Shown here: one piece after another, positions 38,770 through 52,391 of the stretch
Layout: each line of letters opens with the position of its first letter
How positions within the stretch are numbered: the stretch's first letter is position 1
Origin: Octopus sinensis
Taxonomy: Eukaryota
DNA length: 64,000 nucleotides
Reading direction: 5' to 3'
Assembly: GCF_006345805.1 (NCBI RefSeq)
Contig: NC_043007.1
Coordinates: forward strand, 18,786,001-18,850,000
Notes under the pieces: model-generated
Told to the model about the DNA's origin: nothing
Database searches by the model: none
Seen by the model: only the letters and a program-made list of their open reading frames with translations
Made by a program: the position numbers and the translations under genes

Positions 38770-39869
38770 CTGTGGGAAAGAGAAAGAAAGAGAGAAAGAT
38801 GAGTGAACGAATGAGAAGAAGAGAATATGAATGATTAAGAGAGAGAAATGGAGTAAAAATGCAGAACCATAAAAGAGGGAATGGACACACGCTGAAGAAG
38901 TGTATTGTTAAAAAAAAAAAAAGCCAAAAACTCCAGAAAATTCCTAATTCATAGGGAGAGAGAAGTGGGGAGGAGACAGACATTGTTCTCTCTTCTGTTC
39001 ACCTCTTTGGACACTTGCCTTGAGTGAATGGACATCTCAGAGAAATGAATCTTCTTTGGTCTTAAGAGAGAAAAGGTAACCTCATTAGTGCCGGTGCTAT
39101 TGTATAATGCATCCCACAAAGAAGTAAGTAAATGGACAGAGACTGCATACTTGTTCTACTTGTACTCGTGGCAGTATTCACCCGAGTTGTGTTGATCCGG
39201 TTCTGACCAACAAGTTCCCCACATCCCTCATGAATGCTGGCCACATCCGACAGTTGAGCCTAACGTTCCAACAAGCAAAGTAATGCTTCTGCTCGTGATC
39301 GAAAAATCCAGCTTGCAAATTTGACAAATACTGTGAGAGCAAGCATGTCAGACACTGTGGACACCATAGCCGTACCCTTCATACATTGCCGAGGAGTAGA
39401 GGTCATGTTCGGAGTGTTAGTGGGAATACAAGTTCACATGTGGTCCCCAGTCACATGCATACACACATTGGGATAGTGAGATCCGTAGCAGCTCATCTTG
39501 CCATCAATTGATGACTGTCTCAGAGGATTCACAGACAAATCACTGCCGATTATCACAGCAAACACAGCTTGGATGTGAGAGACAGCATAGTGCTCAGAGG
39601 AGAATTTAGTCTTGCCAAAAACATGACAACCTCTCTAGGGCTGGTGCAAAGATAAAATATGCCCTGTACACTCCATAAAGTGATTGGTGATGGGAAGAAC
39701 ATCCAGTTGCGGATACAGAGCTGAAAGTGAAACATAAGAGCAAGGGGTCAGCTTTCAGATCCTTTAAGAGGGCAGAAACAAAAATTCACAATTGGTTGGA
39801 CTGTGATGACATGTCCAGTTTATAGAAAACAGATATTAATGTTGTTTGTTCCTTCTCGAGCCATATAGG

Positions 39870-40100
39870 TTCCCCACCTGGATGAGACACTGGTCCGTCA
39901 CAGGTGAGCTGCAAGATGCAGGAGGAAAGAGTGAGAGAAAGTTGTGGCGAAAGAGTCAGCAGAAGTTTGCCATTACCTTCTGCCGGAGCCGCATGGAGTT
40001 TCGCTCATAAACACACACATCGCCCGGTCTGAGAATCGAACCCGCGATCCCTCGACCGCGAATCCGCTGCTCTAACCACTAGGCCATGTACCTCCACAGA
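39870..40100 (-). mobile_element. Family D SINE with a third type of 3' tail
   Basis: Head tggcctagtggttagagcagcgg...gttcgattctcagaccgggcg matches 2130, while the tail (cagctcacctgtgacggaccagtgtctcatccagg) differs. Confidence 0.75.
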
Positions 40101-40310
40101 TATTAATGATGATGACAAGAGGATAACAACAACGATGATGATGATGATGAAATATAAATCAAAATATATCCATAAACACATATACATGGATACATGTGTT
40201 TATGCATGTGGTAAAGAGTCATGTGTTTATGCATGTGGTAAAGAGTCATGTGTGTGTTCATGGAGGTCATTGCTTGCTCCAATAAAAGAGTAACAAACTG
40301 TAATACTCAC

Positions 40311-40390
40311 AGAGAATGGCGGCAAATTTGCTGAAGCTTCCAGGATGTTATTAAACGGTGACTCCAAGACGAGAGCAGAGGGTGGCATGC
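40311..40390 (-). CDS. ABHD12: ABHD12-like exon 8 (MPPSALVLESPFNNILEASANLPPFS)
   Basis: ctattccag| acceptor, TCT|gtgagt donor, 80 nt. LESPF motif. Confidence 0.94.
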
Positions 40391-40431
40391 CTGGAATAGA
40401 CAAGGGTACAGTGCATCAGTTTTTAGCTCTA

Positions 40432-40681
40432 TGTATGTATGTATGTATGTATGTATGTATGAATGCATGTATGTGTGTATGTATGTATGTATGTGTGTAT
40501 GTGTGTATGTGTGTATGTATGTATGTATGTATGTGTGTATGTATGTATGAATGCATGTATGTGTGTATGTATGTATGTGTGTATGTATGTGTGTATGTAT
40601 GTGTGTATGTATGTATGTGTGTATGTATGTATGTGTGTATGTATGTATGTGTGTATGTATGTGTGTATGTATGTGTGTATG

Positions 40682-40712
<31 letters not shown>
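40432..40712. repeat. (TATG)n/(TGTG) microsatellite about 40 bp upstream of the exon 8 acceptor
   Basis: Direct inspection. Confidence 0.95.
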
Positions 40713-40713
<1 letters not shown>

Positions 40714-41484
40714 CACACCTATGTTGGTGTGTTTACGTCTCCCATAACTTAGCAGTTCGGCAAAAGACACCGATAGAATAAATACCACGCTTGATAAAAA
40801 TAGGTTCTGGGCTCAATTCAATTGACAAAAAAAAAAATTCAAGGTGGTGCCCCAGCATGGCCACAATCTAATGACTATAACAAATAAAAAAAAAATCAAA
40901 GATAACAGATACAGATGTCACAAGATGTAACCTAGAAGAGTGACACTGAGAAAAGAAAATGTCTAACATACTGTATCTCTGTTTTTCTTGGAGATCCATA
41001 GATTTGTTAGCATTGTTCTTATGCAAAAGTGTCGTAAGTCCAAAACGTTGCTTTTTTTAGGAAATGAAAAAATAGTTTCCCCATTCCATTTCTTATTACC
41101 TTAACAACAGTTTCAGCTGAACAATAATACTTTGTTGGGGGCATAAAATCCTAACTCCATGCATGTAGGATATTTTCAGTCAGAAATATTTTTGCAAAAC
41201 CGTCATATGTGGGACTTACTACACTTTTGAAAAAATGCTAAACCATTGTACTACACATTGGCAATTTTCATATCTTGGCATCTGAAGCAGCTGGAGATAC
41301 GATAGTTTGACCAAAATAACTGGCTACTGCAAGCGAAATTAAATATGGAAAAAAAACACATTTGGCAAAATTTGGTCATATGACAGTTTAACATAATAGC
41401 AACGATATATTTTTACATTTACAAACACACACACACATATGAGAGAGAAAGTGAGAGAGAGAGAAAGAAAAATAGGCTACTCAC

Positions 41485-41522
41485 CACCATCACACAAGAT
41501 CTTCGCTAATCTTGTAGCAATT
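41485..41522 (-). CDS. ABHD12: ABHD12-like exon 7 (IATRLAKILCDG)
   Basis: attattcag| acceptor, G|gtgagt donor. This 38-nt micro-exon bridges phase 2 to phase 1. Confidence 0.9.
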
Positions 41523-41563
41523 CTGAATAATATAATAATAATAATAATAATAATAATATAATC

Positions 41564-41595
<32 letters not shown>

Positions 41596-42191
41596 CATAA
41601 TAATAATAATAATAATAACAATAATAATATGTAAATACACTCAGGGAGTGGTTGGCGTAAGGAAGGGCATCCAGCTGTAGAAACACTGCCAGATCAGACT
41701 GGAGCCTGGTACAGCCTCTTGGCTTCCCAGACCCCGGTCGAACCATCCAACCCATGCTAGCACAGAAAATGGACATTAAACGATGATGATGATGATGAAA
41801 TAAGGTTTGGTTGAATTAGGTACCTATGTTGAGGCACCTTGTGAGTTTGGTCTAATTTGTACACCCAAACAATATCAGGTGAATATCAAACTCTCTGCAG
41901 AAGTGTCTGCAGTCGATATATTTTTGCAGTGTATGCAGATAACACGACCCAACTTAGTGAAGAGATCCGCTCCTTGGCTATTCAGACATGTGCTTTATAT
42001 AAACATACAAAAATTACTTTCGATAAAATTTTCCAAAGTGGAGATCCCAAGGGAGGTGAATAGAATATATATATATACACACATACATACATACATATTT
42101 GCACACGTACATACATACACACAAATACACACACATATATACACACATACATACAAAGATCTACAAGTGTCATTTCACGTACATCTTTGCC

Positions 42192-42229
<38 letters not shown>

Positions 42230-42255
42230 TAATAATAATAATAATAATAATGATG

Positions 42256-42291
<36 letters not shown>

Positions 42292-43058
42292 TGAACGAAC
42301 TATTGAGTTTGGTTTAATGGCCTACCAATGTATACTATGAGTTTCTTTGCCCTAGGAGTCGGGAAGACACTCGGCAAGAAATGGAAGCAAATTTGAAAGA
42401 AGAAAAAAAAAAATAATAATAATAATAATAATAATAATCATTATCATCATCATTTAACATCTGCTTTCCATGCTGGCATGAGTTGGACAGTTTGACTGAG
42501 GACTGGTGAACCAGATGGCTGCACCAGGCTCCAATCTGATCTTGCAAGGTTTCTACAGCTGGATGCCCTTCCTAACGCCAACCACTCCAAGAGTGTAGTG
42601 GGTGCTTTTTACGTGCCACCAGTATGAGGGCCAATCAGGTGGCACTGGCAACGACCCACACTCGAATGGTGTTTTTTACATGCCAATAGCATGGGAGCCA
42701 GTCAGGTGGCACTAGTTACTCCTTTATATTTTATATAGGTGCAAGCATGGCTGTGTGGTAAGCAGCTTGCTTCCCAACCACATGGTTCTAGGTTCAGTTC
42801 TACTGCGTGGCACCTTGGGCAAGTGTCTTCAACTATAGCCCCAGGCTGACCAAAGCCTTATGAGTGGATTTGGTAGATGGAAACTGAAAGAAGCCCGTCA
42901 TATATATATATATACCACACAGCCACACCCATCCCTTGGAGTGAAATTGGAAGACAATAATGGAAACTGTTAGGGTTAAAATAAAAAATATATAAATAAA
43001 AATATCAATAAAAATAAACGAACAAAAATACATCAAAAGCAATAAAAAAACCACCTAC

Positions 43059-43191
43059 CCAGTTCCTAAAGAATGTCCCCATAAGATAATGGGTGTGTCT
43101 GGGGATACTTTTGATCTAATCCAGTTGTATACAAAAAGACTGTCTTCAACAACACCATCTTCGAAGGGGATACCAGTAGATTCACCAAATC
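43059..43191 (-). CDS. ABHD12: ABHD12-like exon 6 (GFGESTGIPFEDGVVEDSLFVYNWIRSKVSPDTPIILWGHSLGTG), catalytic Ser
   Basis: tggatacag| acceptor (poor pyrimidine tract), GG|gtaggt donor, 133 nt. GHSLG nucleophile elbow. Confidence 0.95.
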
Positions 43192-44702
43192 CTGTATCCA
43201 TAGCAACAGCAACAACAACAACATTGACATGCATGTGACAACACACAGCCAGGGAACATGTACACGAAAGCAAAATAAAAATAAATAAATAAGTAAATAA
43301 TAAACAAATAAATAAATAAACAGATATAAAAATACGACATATACGCTCATACCTTGGTACTACGGACCTCCCTTTAAAGGATTTCAGAAGCAGCAGACAA
43401 AATCTGGGGCATCCGACCCAATTTGATAGTCCCACCAGCTACAGGTGGTCACTTTGTTTACATCAGTTTAACAACACATGTAGCTCATGTGTCACCAGCA
43501 GGGGAGCCAATCAGTAGCCCTGGCAACGATCATGCTCAGATGGTGCTTTTAACGTTCCACTGGCACAAGTGCCAATTAGGCGGTACTCTCATCGGCCACG
43601 TCAACGATTTATATTTAAAATCATAAAATCAGTAAGTATTACAGGTGAATACAAATTTATTATTTCTATATGATTTTCATATGATTACAGTTGTTTCGTA
43701 ATGGAGAGGAACTTTCTAGGTGCAATCCCATGGTCATTCATGACCAAAGAGGGTCTTTACAGCTGTTTTGTAATCTTCTCCACATTATATTATTAATAAC
43801 AACATTTCAATGCATATTCACACAGAGATGTATAATAGATAAAACTAAGTCATCTGATCATATGTACCAGAATATCATGGATGTATCCAGGTTTCAACTG
43901 TTAGAGTTGAGGAGAGATGAAAAGTGTATGCCAGGTCATATACTTTTAATATAAACCCTATGAGACCACCATAGTTTCAAATCTCATAAACTTTATGAAG
44001 TATTGTTATTCAATAGAAACCTCTGAAGAAAGTTGTGGGGATTTGAAACAATTAACCTCTAAACAAATATTGTCCTTACTATGAAGGACGCTCACACAAG
44101 TATGGTGTAATTTATTTGAATAAATAAACCCATAAATCAAGAAACCAAGGACCCTTAAAACAAGTTTAGCCCTTTGGGAATTAGAATATCAATGAAGGAC
44201 AACTCAGAACCACCACAGTCAACAAGCACATCAAAAGTATATATCCATCATCAGCTACCTAACAGATATCATTATGGTTTTGACACCTAGGCAGAACCTT
44301 TCAATGCAAGGGTGGCATCAGCATTAAAAACATTACACACACACACACACACACAGATACACTTATATCCATGTATATAAGCATAGGCATGTCTGTATAC
44401 AGCCTACAAATCCTTTCATAAAAAATTATTCAATCACATTACAACAATGATTCACAATAATGATGTATTAAAGGAAAAGAAACCATACAATACTTATAAG
44501 ATCACAAGACACAGATCAGCCAAAATAAGAAAAGAAAGCTGATTTGGTTCAACACTCCATTTATGTATACAGAGACATGCACACACTGTGTGCATGCATG
44601 TAAAGGCACACATTTATATACAAGCAGACCAACACACTGATGATATATATAGGTGTGCATGCAAATTGCAAGACAATGAACAACACCAAAGACTGAACTT
44701 AC

Positions 44703-44779
44703 CGCGATAATCAAAAGTTATTATGTGATAATTCATCTGTGATAAACGATGATACAGTTTGACACGGTGACTGCAGGCC
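44703..44779 (-). CDS. ABHD12: ABHD12-like exon 5 (ACSHRVKLYHRLSQMNYHIITFDYRG)
   Basis: ttttcttgcag| acceptor, G|gtaagt donor, 77 nt. HRV.LY and FDYRG motifs. Confidence 0.95.
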
Positions 44780-45726
44780 CTGCAAGAAAAAGCAGATTCA
44801 TGAAACGCAGATGATTTCATTGGTTGTGCCATGTTAAAAGCATCCAGTCCACACTGTAATGTGGTTGGCATCAGGAAAGGTGTCCAGCTGTAAAAATCAT
44901 GCCAAAACTAACCTCACCTGTGCTTGTGCCACGTAAAAAGCCCTGATTCCACTCTGTGGAGTGGTTGGTGTTAGGAAGGGCATCCAGCCGTAAAATCCCT
45001 GCCAAAACAGACACAGTAGCCAAGGGTAATTTTTGCTACCTGGCTGGCTCTTGTCAACCATCCTACCCATGACTACATAGAAGATGGACGTTAAGCGATG
45101 ATACTGATGATGATATTAGACCAAGGGCATATTCTATACCCCAAGGGTATATTATAGCTGGGGCATATACTGTAATATTTACAAAGAAATGATGGCTTCA
45201 TTTCTGCTATTTGTCTCTCCTTATTTTACTTCATCATCACCAACATCATCATTATTTAACATCAGTCTTTGATGCTGGCATGGGTTGGATGGTTTGACAG
45301 GATCTGGCAAACCAGAGGATTGCAAGGGGCCCCAATGTCTTCATTAGCATGGGTTTTACGACTAGATGCTCTTTCTAATGCCAACCCTTTTATAGAATGT
45401 ACAGAGTGCATTCTTCATGGTACCAGCATGAGTGAGGTTGTCCAGTAACTCACAAGATAAAAGAAGACCCTTGTCAACTGAATGGCACCAGCAGAGAGGA
45501 AGATGGTAATATGCCAGATGCATGAGGCCCAACACAAGAAAGGAATTCACCTCCGTGAGGCCCAATGCTCAAAAGGAACTCAGCCACTTTGCTTCCACGT
45601 GTGTATATCATTATGCATTTGTGTATAGATATCGGATGCATATATGCAGATCAAACACACACACTTATATACATTGCAATTCATTCATATTTATGTGAGG
45701 TACAAATATAAAAAGGCAATTCATAC

Positions 45727-45849
45727 CTGGAACCGGAGTTTCCGTGCATATACATCACAATTGGTGCTCCAGACTTTTGAAGACTTTTCTCAAAGTCATT
45801 ATCACTAAAATCTTTGCCCTTGCTCCTTAAATTATCAGGAAGTATATGC
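45727..45849 (-). CDS. ABHD12: ABHD12-like exon 4 (HILPDNLRSKGKDFSDNDFEKSLQKSGAPIVMYMHGNSGSR)
   Basis: tttctctacacag| acceptor, AG|gtatga donor, 123 nt. HGN oxyanion-hole motif. Confidence 0.95.
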
Positions 45850-45935
45850 CTGTGTAGAGAAATAAATTAATAAATATAATTTAAATACAGAATATACAAA
45901 TACGTATATATATATATATAATATATATATATATA

Positions 45936-48456
45936 TTAATTAATAAGGGTGAGAGAAATAGATACTATTTAAAATAGTATATCCATTCAACACCAAGTGG
46001 CCTAGTGGCTCCGAGAAACCTGGATATTATAATATTTTATAATATATTATAATATTGTTACAAAATAAATATAAGAGAGTGGTCACTATATGGCTCACTC
46101 TAGCACCAGTTAATCCAAAAGGTTTCAACCACTAAAAATACATGTTTTCCATGAAAGTCAGTACGATTGTTAGCTCACACGGACAGGGCAAATCAAAAAT
46201 TAACAAATACAGATTATTTTGGGACAATTGTTTCGCTATTAATGAATTAAAGTAATTTTACTTACAAAAAAATCCACTTGTAGCTCATCGGCCAAAACTA
46301 TCTGGATGAAATCCACTCAATCACACGCCAGATTTTACCATAACGATAAATACGCGTGTGGTTCAATGATTACATCCGATGTTATAATTCAAATGCCCCA
46401 ACTAACAGCGCGCCAAACTTTCACGGAAAACAAATATACAGCATTTAGAAATAAATGCAGCATAATTATAATTAATTAATAAGGGTGAGAGAAATAGATA
46501 CTAATTTAATAGTATATCCATTCAACACCAAGTGGCCTAGTGCTCCGAAGAGAAACCTGGATTATATAATATTTTATAATATATTATAATATTTTTACAA
46601 AATAAATATAAGAGAGTGGTCACTATATGGCTCATCTAGCACCAGTTAATCCAAAAGGTTTCAACCACTAAAAATACATGTTCCCATGAAAGTCAGTACG
46701 ATTGTTAGCTCACACGGACAGGGCAAATAAAAAATAACAAAAATACAGATTATTTTGGGACAATTGTTTCGCTATTAATGAATTAAATGTAATTTTACTT
46801 ACAAAAAAATCCACTTGTAGCTCATCGGCCCAAACTATCTGGATGAAATCCACTCAATCACACGCCAGATTTTACCATAACGATAATACGCGTGTGGTTC
46901 ATTGATTACATCCGATGTTATAATTCAAATGCCCCAACTAACCAGCGCGCCAAACTTTCACGGAAAACAAATTACCATTTAGAAATATGCAGCATACCAT
47001 TAAATTAATTAATAAGGTGAGAGAAATAGATACTAATTTAATAGTATATCCATTCAACACCAAGTGGCCTAGTGCTCCGAGAAACCTTGATTATTATAAT
47101 ATTTTATAATATATTATAATATTTTTACAAAATAAATATAAGAGAGAGTGGTCACTATATGGCTCACTCTAGCACCAGTTAATCAAAAGGTTTCAACCAC
47201 TAAAAATACATGTTTCCCATGAAAGTCAGTACGATTGTTAGCTCACACGGACAGGGCAAATAAAAAATAACAAAAATACAGATTATTTTGGGACAATTTG
47301 TTTCGCTATTAATGAATTAAATGTAATTTTACTTACAAAAAACTCCACTTGTAGCTCATCGGCCAAAACTATCTGGATGAAATCCACTCAATCACACGCC
47401 AGATTTTACCATAACGATAAATACGCGTGTGGTTCAATTGATTACATCCGATGTTATAATTCAAATGCCCCAACTAACAAACAGCGCGCCAAACTTTCAC
47501 GAAACAAATACAGCATTTAGAAATAAATGCAGCATATTATAATTAATTAATAAGGTGAGAAAATAGATACTAATTTAATAGTATATCCATTCAACACCAA
47601 GTGGCCTAGTGCTCCGAGAAACCTGGATTATTATAATATTTTATAATATATTATAATATTTTTACAAAATAAATATAAGAGAGTGGTCACTATGAGCTAC
47701 AAGTGGATTTTTTTGTAAGTAAAATTACATTTAATTCATTAATAGCGAAACAATTGTCCCAAAATAATCTGTATTTTTGTTATTTTTGTTATTTTTTATT
47801 TGCCCTGTCCGTGTGAGCTAACAATCGTACTGACTTTCATGGGAAACATGTATTTTTAGTGGTTGAAACCTTTTGGATTAACTTGTGCTAGAGTGAGCCA
47901 TATAGTGACCACTCTCTTATATTTATTTGTAAAAATATTATAATATATATAAAATATTATAATAATCCAGGTTTCTCGGAGCACTAGGCCACTTGGTGTT
48001 GAATGGATATACTATTAAATTAGTATCTATTTCTCTCACCCTTATTAATTAATTATAATTATGCTGCATTTATTTCTAAATGCTGTATTTGTTTTCCGTG
48101 AAAGTTTGGCGCGCTGTTAGTTGGGGCATTTGAATTATAACATCGGATGTAATCAATTGAACCACACGCGTATTTATCGTTATGGTAAAATCTGGCGTGT
48201 GATTGAGTGGATTTCATCCAGATAGTTTTGGCCGATGAGCTACAAGTGGATTTTTTTGTAAGTAAAATTACATTTAATTCATTAATAGCGAAACAATTGT
48301 CCCAAAATAATCTGTATTTTTGTTATTTTTTATTTGCCCTGTCCGTGTGAGCTAACAATCGTACTGACTTTCATGGGAAACATGTATTTTTAGTGGTTGA
48401 AACCTTTTGGATTAACGGTGCTAGAGTGAGCCATATAGTGACCACTCTCTTATATT

Positions 48457-48462
<6 letters not shown>
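45936..48462. repeat. Tandem array of about 535 bp (3.3 units) followed by an inverted segment of about 770 bp, inside an ABHD12-like intron
   Basis: Units start at 45936, 46472, 47005 and 47543. The orientation flips at about 47692 (cactat|gagctac) and the reverse copy runs to about 48462. Confidence 0.93.
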
Positions 48463-48501
<39 letters not shown>

Positions 48502-48562
48502 TATATATATTTCGTTTTTGGATTTGTTTTGTGCAAGATTCTTTATATGAGTTTGTGTGTCT

Positions 48563-48783
48563 GTTGTGTCTGGGGAAAGTCATTCTCTTTTGGTGCCTTA
48601 TTATTCAACACACGCACCGGTAAAATTTCCACTTAGTTCTAATTTTTTATTTAAAAAAAAATTTTTTATTACTTTTATTTATTTATTTTTTTTTATTAAA
48701 AATAAGAAATAAGTGGAAATTTTACCGGTGAGTGTGTTAAATAATAAGGCACTAAAAGAGAATGACTCTCCCTAGACACAACT
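48563..48783. repeat. Fold-back element with arms of about 85 bp
   Basis: 48563-48650 and 48698-48783 are near reverse complements around an AT-only spacer. Confidence 0.85.
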
Positions 48784-49519
48784 GTATATACAAATATGTA
48801 TACATATATATATATATATATATATATAGTTTTCATACACACACACACATATATATATGAGGTTTTTACCCTATTTTTGTGTGTTGTGTTTGAATTATTA
48901 TACTGTATTCGTTTTTTAGTCTTTCATTATGTAATTGCTGATTTTAGCCACTACTAACGTAACCTGACCTTGGTGTCGGTACTTATGGACAATCGCCTTC
49001 ATCAGACTGATGTTCCCCATTTTAGTCATGGTAACAAAACACTCTATCTTAATCTCTTGACTTAATCTCTTGCCCCAAATCTCAGTACTTATGCTTCTAG
49101 TAGAAAGGATTATCATCATCGTTATTATTATTATTGGCAGAATCATTAGCACACCAGGCAAAAATGCTTAGTGGTACCTTGACTGCCATTACGCTCTGAG
49201 TTCAAATTCCACTGCAGTCAACTTTGCCTTTCATCTTTTCAGGGTCGATTAAATAAGTTATGCACTGGGGTTGATGTAATTGACTTACTCACCCTCACCC
49301 CAAATTTAAGGCTTTGTGCCTATAGTAAAAAGGGTTATTATTGTTGTTATTATTAAAGTGATGAGCTGCCATTTATGTCAGGAGTTCAAATTCTGCTCAT
49401 GTTAATTTCAGTTTTAATTATTTCAGGGTTGGTAGAATAAGTATCAGTTAAATTCTGGGGTCAAGGTAATTGACAAGCCTCCTTCAATAAAATTGCTGAT
49501 CTTGTGCCAAAATTTGAAA

Positions 49520-49722
49520 AAATTATTATTATTATTATTATCATTATTACAATTATTATTATTATTTTTATTATTATTATTATAATTATAATTATTATTA
49601 TTATTATTATAATTATTATTATAATTATTATTATTATTATAATTATTATTATAATTATAATTATTATTATAATTATTATTATAATTATTATTATAATATT
49701 ATTATTATTATTATTATTATGT
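49520..49722. repeat. (ATT)n/(ATAATT) microsatellite
   Basis: Direct inspection. Confidence 0.95.
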
Positions 49723-49899
49723 CTATGGTTTATATATTGTTTTCAATGCCGGTTTTCCATACATAAAACAGATGCATTTTTCCTTGAAATGGTCCTTATC
49801 TGATAGCCTCTGGGTAACAAAAATAGAAACAAATATATACTTTTGTAATGTTAGAAAACACAAACACACACACGGACATGCGCATACACACATGCACAT

Positions 49900-50019
<120 letters not shown>

Positions 50020-50074
50020 TCATACATAAACCTCACAATGTATCTCATATCCTAAACAGTAACTGGAACCTTAC

Positions 50075-50180
50075 CAAGCACCCAGCTTAATATTCCGCTT
50101 TGACTGGAGAAAGAAATTTCTGGTATAATCCAAACCGAAAGAGTGAGGGTCACTCAAATTCGCGAAAACTGTCCACTTTA
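50075..50180 (-). CDS. ABHD12: ABHD12-like exon 3 (KWTVFANLSDPHSFGLDYTRNFFLQSKRNIKLGAW)
   Basis: attcttgcag| acceptor, TG|gtaagg donor, 106 nt, phases 1 and 2 match its neighbours. Confidence 0.92.
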
Positions 50181-50374
50181 CTGCAAGAATAAAAGAGAAT
50201 TTATTGGTTCAGTTAGCGTTACCGTATTTCATTCTGTGAACATTACAAACATAATTAACAATAAACTAAAAAATAATGCCTGAATATTACTGTCTTGTGC
50301 CCTTAGTGCTCTTAGGGCGCCAGAACCTTGTGAGTGGATTTGGTAGACAGAAACTAAAAGAAGCCCATCAAGTG

Positions 50375-50771
50375 TGTGCCACAAAGAAAGAAGAGCAAAG
50401 ACTGGTAACGGCTCAAAGAGCCATGGAAAGGTCAATGTTTGGAATCTCGTTAAGAGAGCACATCAGTAGCAAGATTATCAGAAAGAAGTCCGGCGTGAGA
50501 GATGTCATTGCAGAGTATACACGCAGTAAATATAGATGGGCTGGACACATCGCCTGGCTCACCGATAATCGGTGGACCCACGCAGTTGTCGAGTGGTACC
50601 CGCGCGAGCGGAAAAGACCACCTGGAAGACCTCCACGACGGTGGAGTTACGATTTCAGGAGGACGATTGGGATCATGTGGATGAGAAAGGCGCAATCCAG
50701 AGAGGAGTGGACAGCGTGCTGTGACCAGCGGTGTCAAATGGACGCCTGATGGACTGGTCGGTCAAGGTGAT
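50375..50771 (+). mobile_element. RTE-clade LINE 3' fragment (a second RTE family)
   Basis: AQRAMERSMFGISLREHI, KYRWAGHIA.LTDNRWT, KRPPGRPPRRW and MRKAQSREEW, ending ctgatggactggtcggtcaaggtgat. Confidence 0.9.
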
Positions 50772-50779
50772 ATATATAT

Positions 50780-51193
50780 AAAACACAAAATGGTACAAGA
50801 ACGCAAAACATCGAAATAGATGATACAAAAAACACGGACGGGTCATTCGAAGCCTTTAATCTTCAGTCAAGAACCGGATCATCCTACAATTTCGGCTGAT
50901 TAATCTTGAGATTGCTCCAATCTGGCCAGCTCCAAGGAAACACTAAGCTAAGAGCATTAGATTCCTTGGAAAAAAGCTTTGAATGTATACGAAACAAGGA
51001 CAGAAAAATGGACGATGTTACACGAATATAAATACACAAAAAAAAAATAATACGAATATAAATGCAAAAACACTTAGCTGAAATTGCGAGGATGATCTGG
51101 TTCTTGACTGAAGCGTAAAGGCTTCGAATGACCCGTCCGTGTTTTTGTATCATCTATTTGGATGTTTTGCGTTTTTGTCCCATTTTGTATTTT

Positions 51194-51194
<1 letters not shown>
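50780..51194. repeat. Fold-back element with inverted arms of about 120 bp and a unique spacer of about 170 bp
   Basis: 50780-50903 pairs with 51074-51194, and both ends lie in (TA)n. Confidence 0.85.
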
Positions 51195-51236
<42 letters not shown>

Positions 51237-51253
51237 GCATACATCCACTTTTG

Positions 51254-51326
<73 letters not shown>

Positions 51327-51892
51327 ATATGTGTTTGTCCTTCCCACCATCGCTTAACAACCGATGTTGGTGTGTTTACATGCCCGTAACTTAGCTGTTC
51401 GGCAAAAGTGACTGATAGAATAAGTACTGGGCTTACAAAGAATAAGGCTTATAAATCGAACTGGGGGTCGATTTGTTTGTTCGACTAAAGGTGGTGCTCC
51501 AGTAAGGGCCGCAGTCAGATGAGTGAAAAATTAAAAGAATTACAGAATATATGTGTATATATATAGTAAATCCAAAAAAAAAGAACAAACCAGAAAAAGC
51601 AATAACGCGAGGATGTGGTACAAGTACTGTATTATCAGATGCTCAGAAAGGAAAGAAAGAGCATTTTAAAGTTTCGAGCCAAGCACTTCTTGAGAAATAG
51701 AGTAAAGTCCAAAGGAAGGGAAGACGGAGGAAGATAATCGCCAATGATACACACGCGGTTACATTTTGAAATGACTGGATGGGAATGGGTGAAGAACAAG
51801 TTCTTTCTAAGATAGGAGAGTGTAAGAGAAGGAGATATCAGTGTGTATGTGTGGATATGTACGTGCATGCAGGTGTGTGTGTGCGTATGTGT

Positions 51893-51937
<45 letters not shown>

Positions 51938-52391
51938 ACCGCATGTATATCGTTGATGATTTTTTTCCCTCCGTCTTCCCTTCCTTGGATCTTTCCTTTT
52001 TCTATGTTTCTGACGAAGAGCTCTGCTCAAAAAGTTAAAACCTCCTTCCATCTTTCCTTTCCTGAGTGTCCAATAATACTATATTTGTTCTACGTCCTTG
52101 CGTTATTGTGTTTTCTTTTTGTATTTTCATGTTTGGATTAACTTCATATATATATATATATATATATATATGAGCTGCAAAAATGGCCTCCAAAGAGACA
52201 GGTGTTGGTCTGTGTCAGCAAGACTTGCTGAAGGTGTCCAAAGTAGGACTGAACCAGGAGCCATGTGGTTAGGAGGCACAACTTCTTAACTACACAGCAA
52301 TGTCACACCTACCCATATATATATATATCACAAATACAAACAACACACAAGCATTTGGTTGATAATGTTAAAAAGAAGCTATGTTACATAC

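Noticed and set aside
39060-39560. Coding-like intronic sequence, possible decayed Tx1/L1 fragment
   Set aside because: No frame gave a motif I could identify with confidence.
40196-40255. 27-bp direct tandem duplication near the exon 8 donor
   Set aside because: A simple local slippage duplication with no further structure.
41807-42063. ORF containing VYADN resembling an RT YADD motif
   Set aside because: Only one short motif and no other RT blocks. It may be an old LINE remnant but I cannot support it.
43055-43435. 126-aa ORF from the track as a whole exon
   Set aside because: Only 43059-43191 is bounded by splice sites and fits the family. The upstream part is intron.
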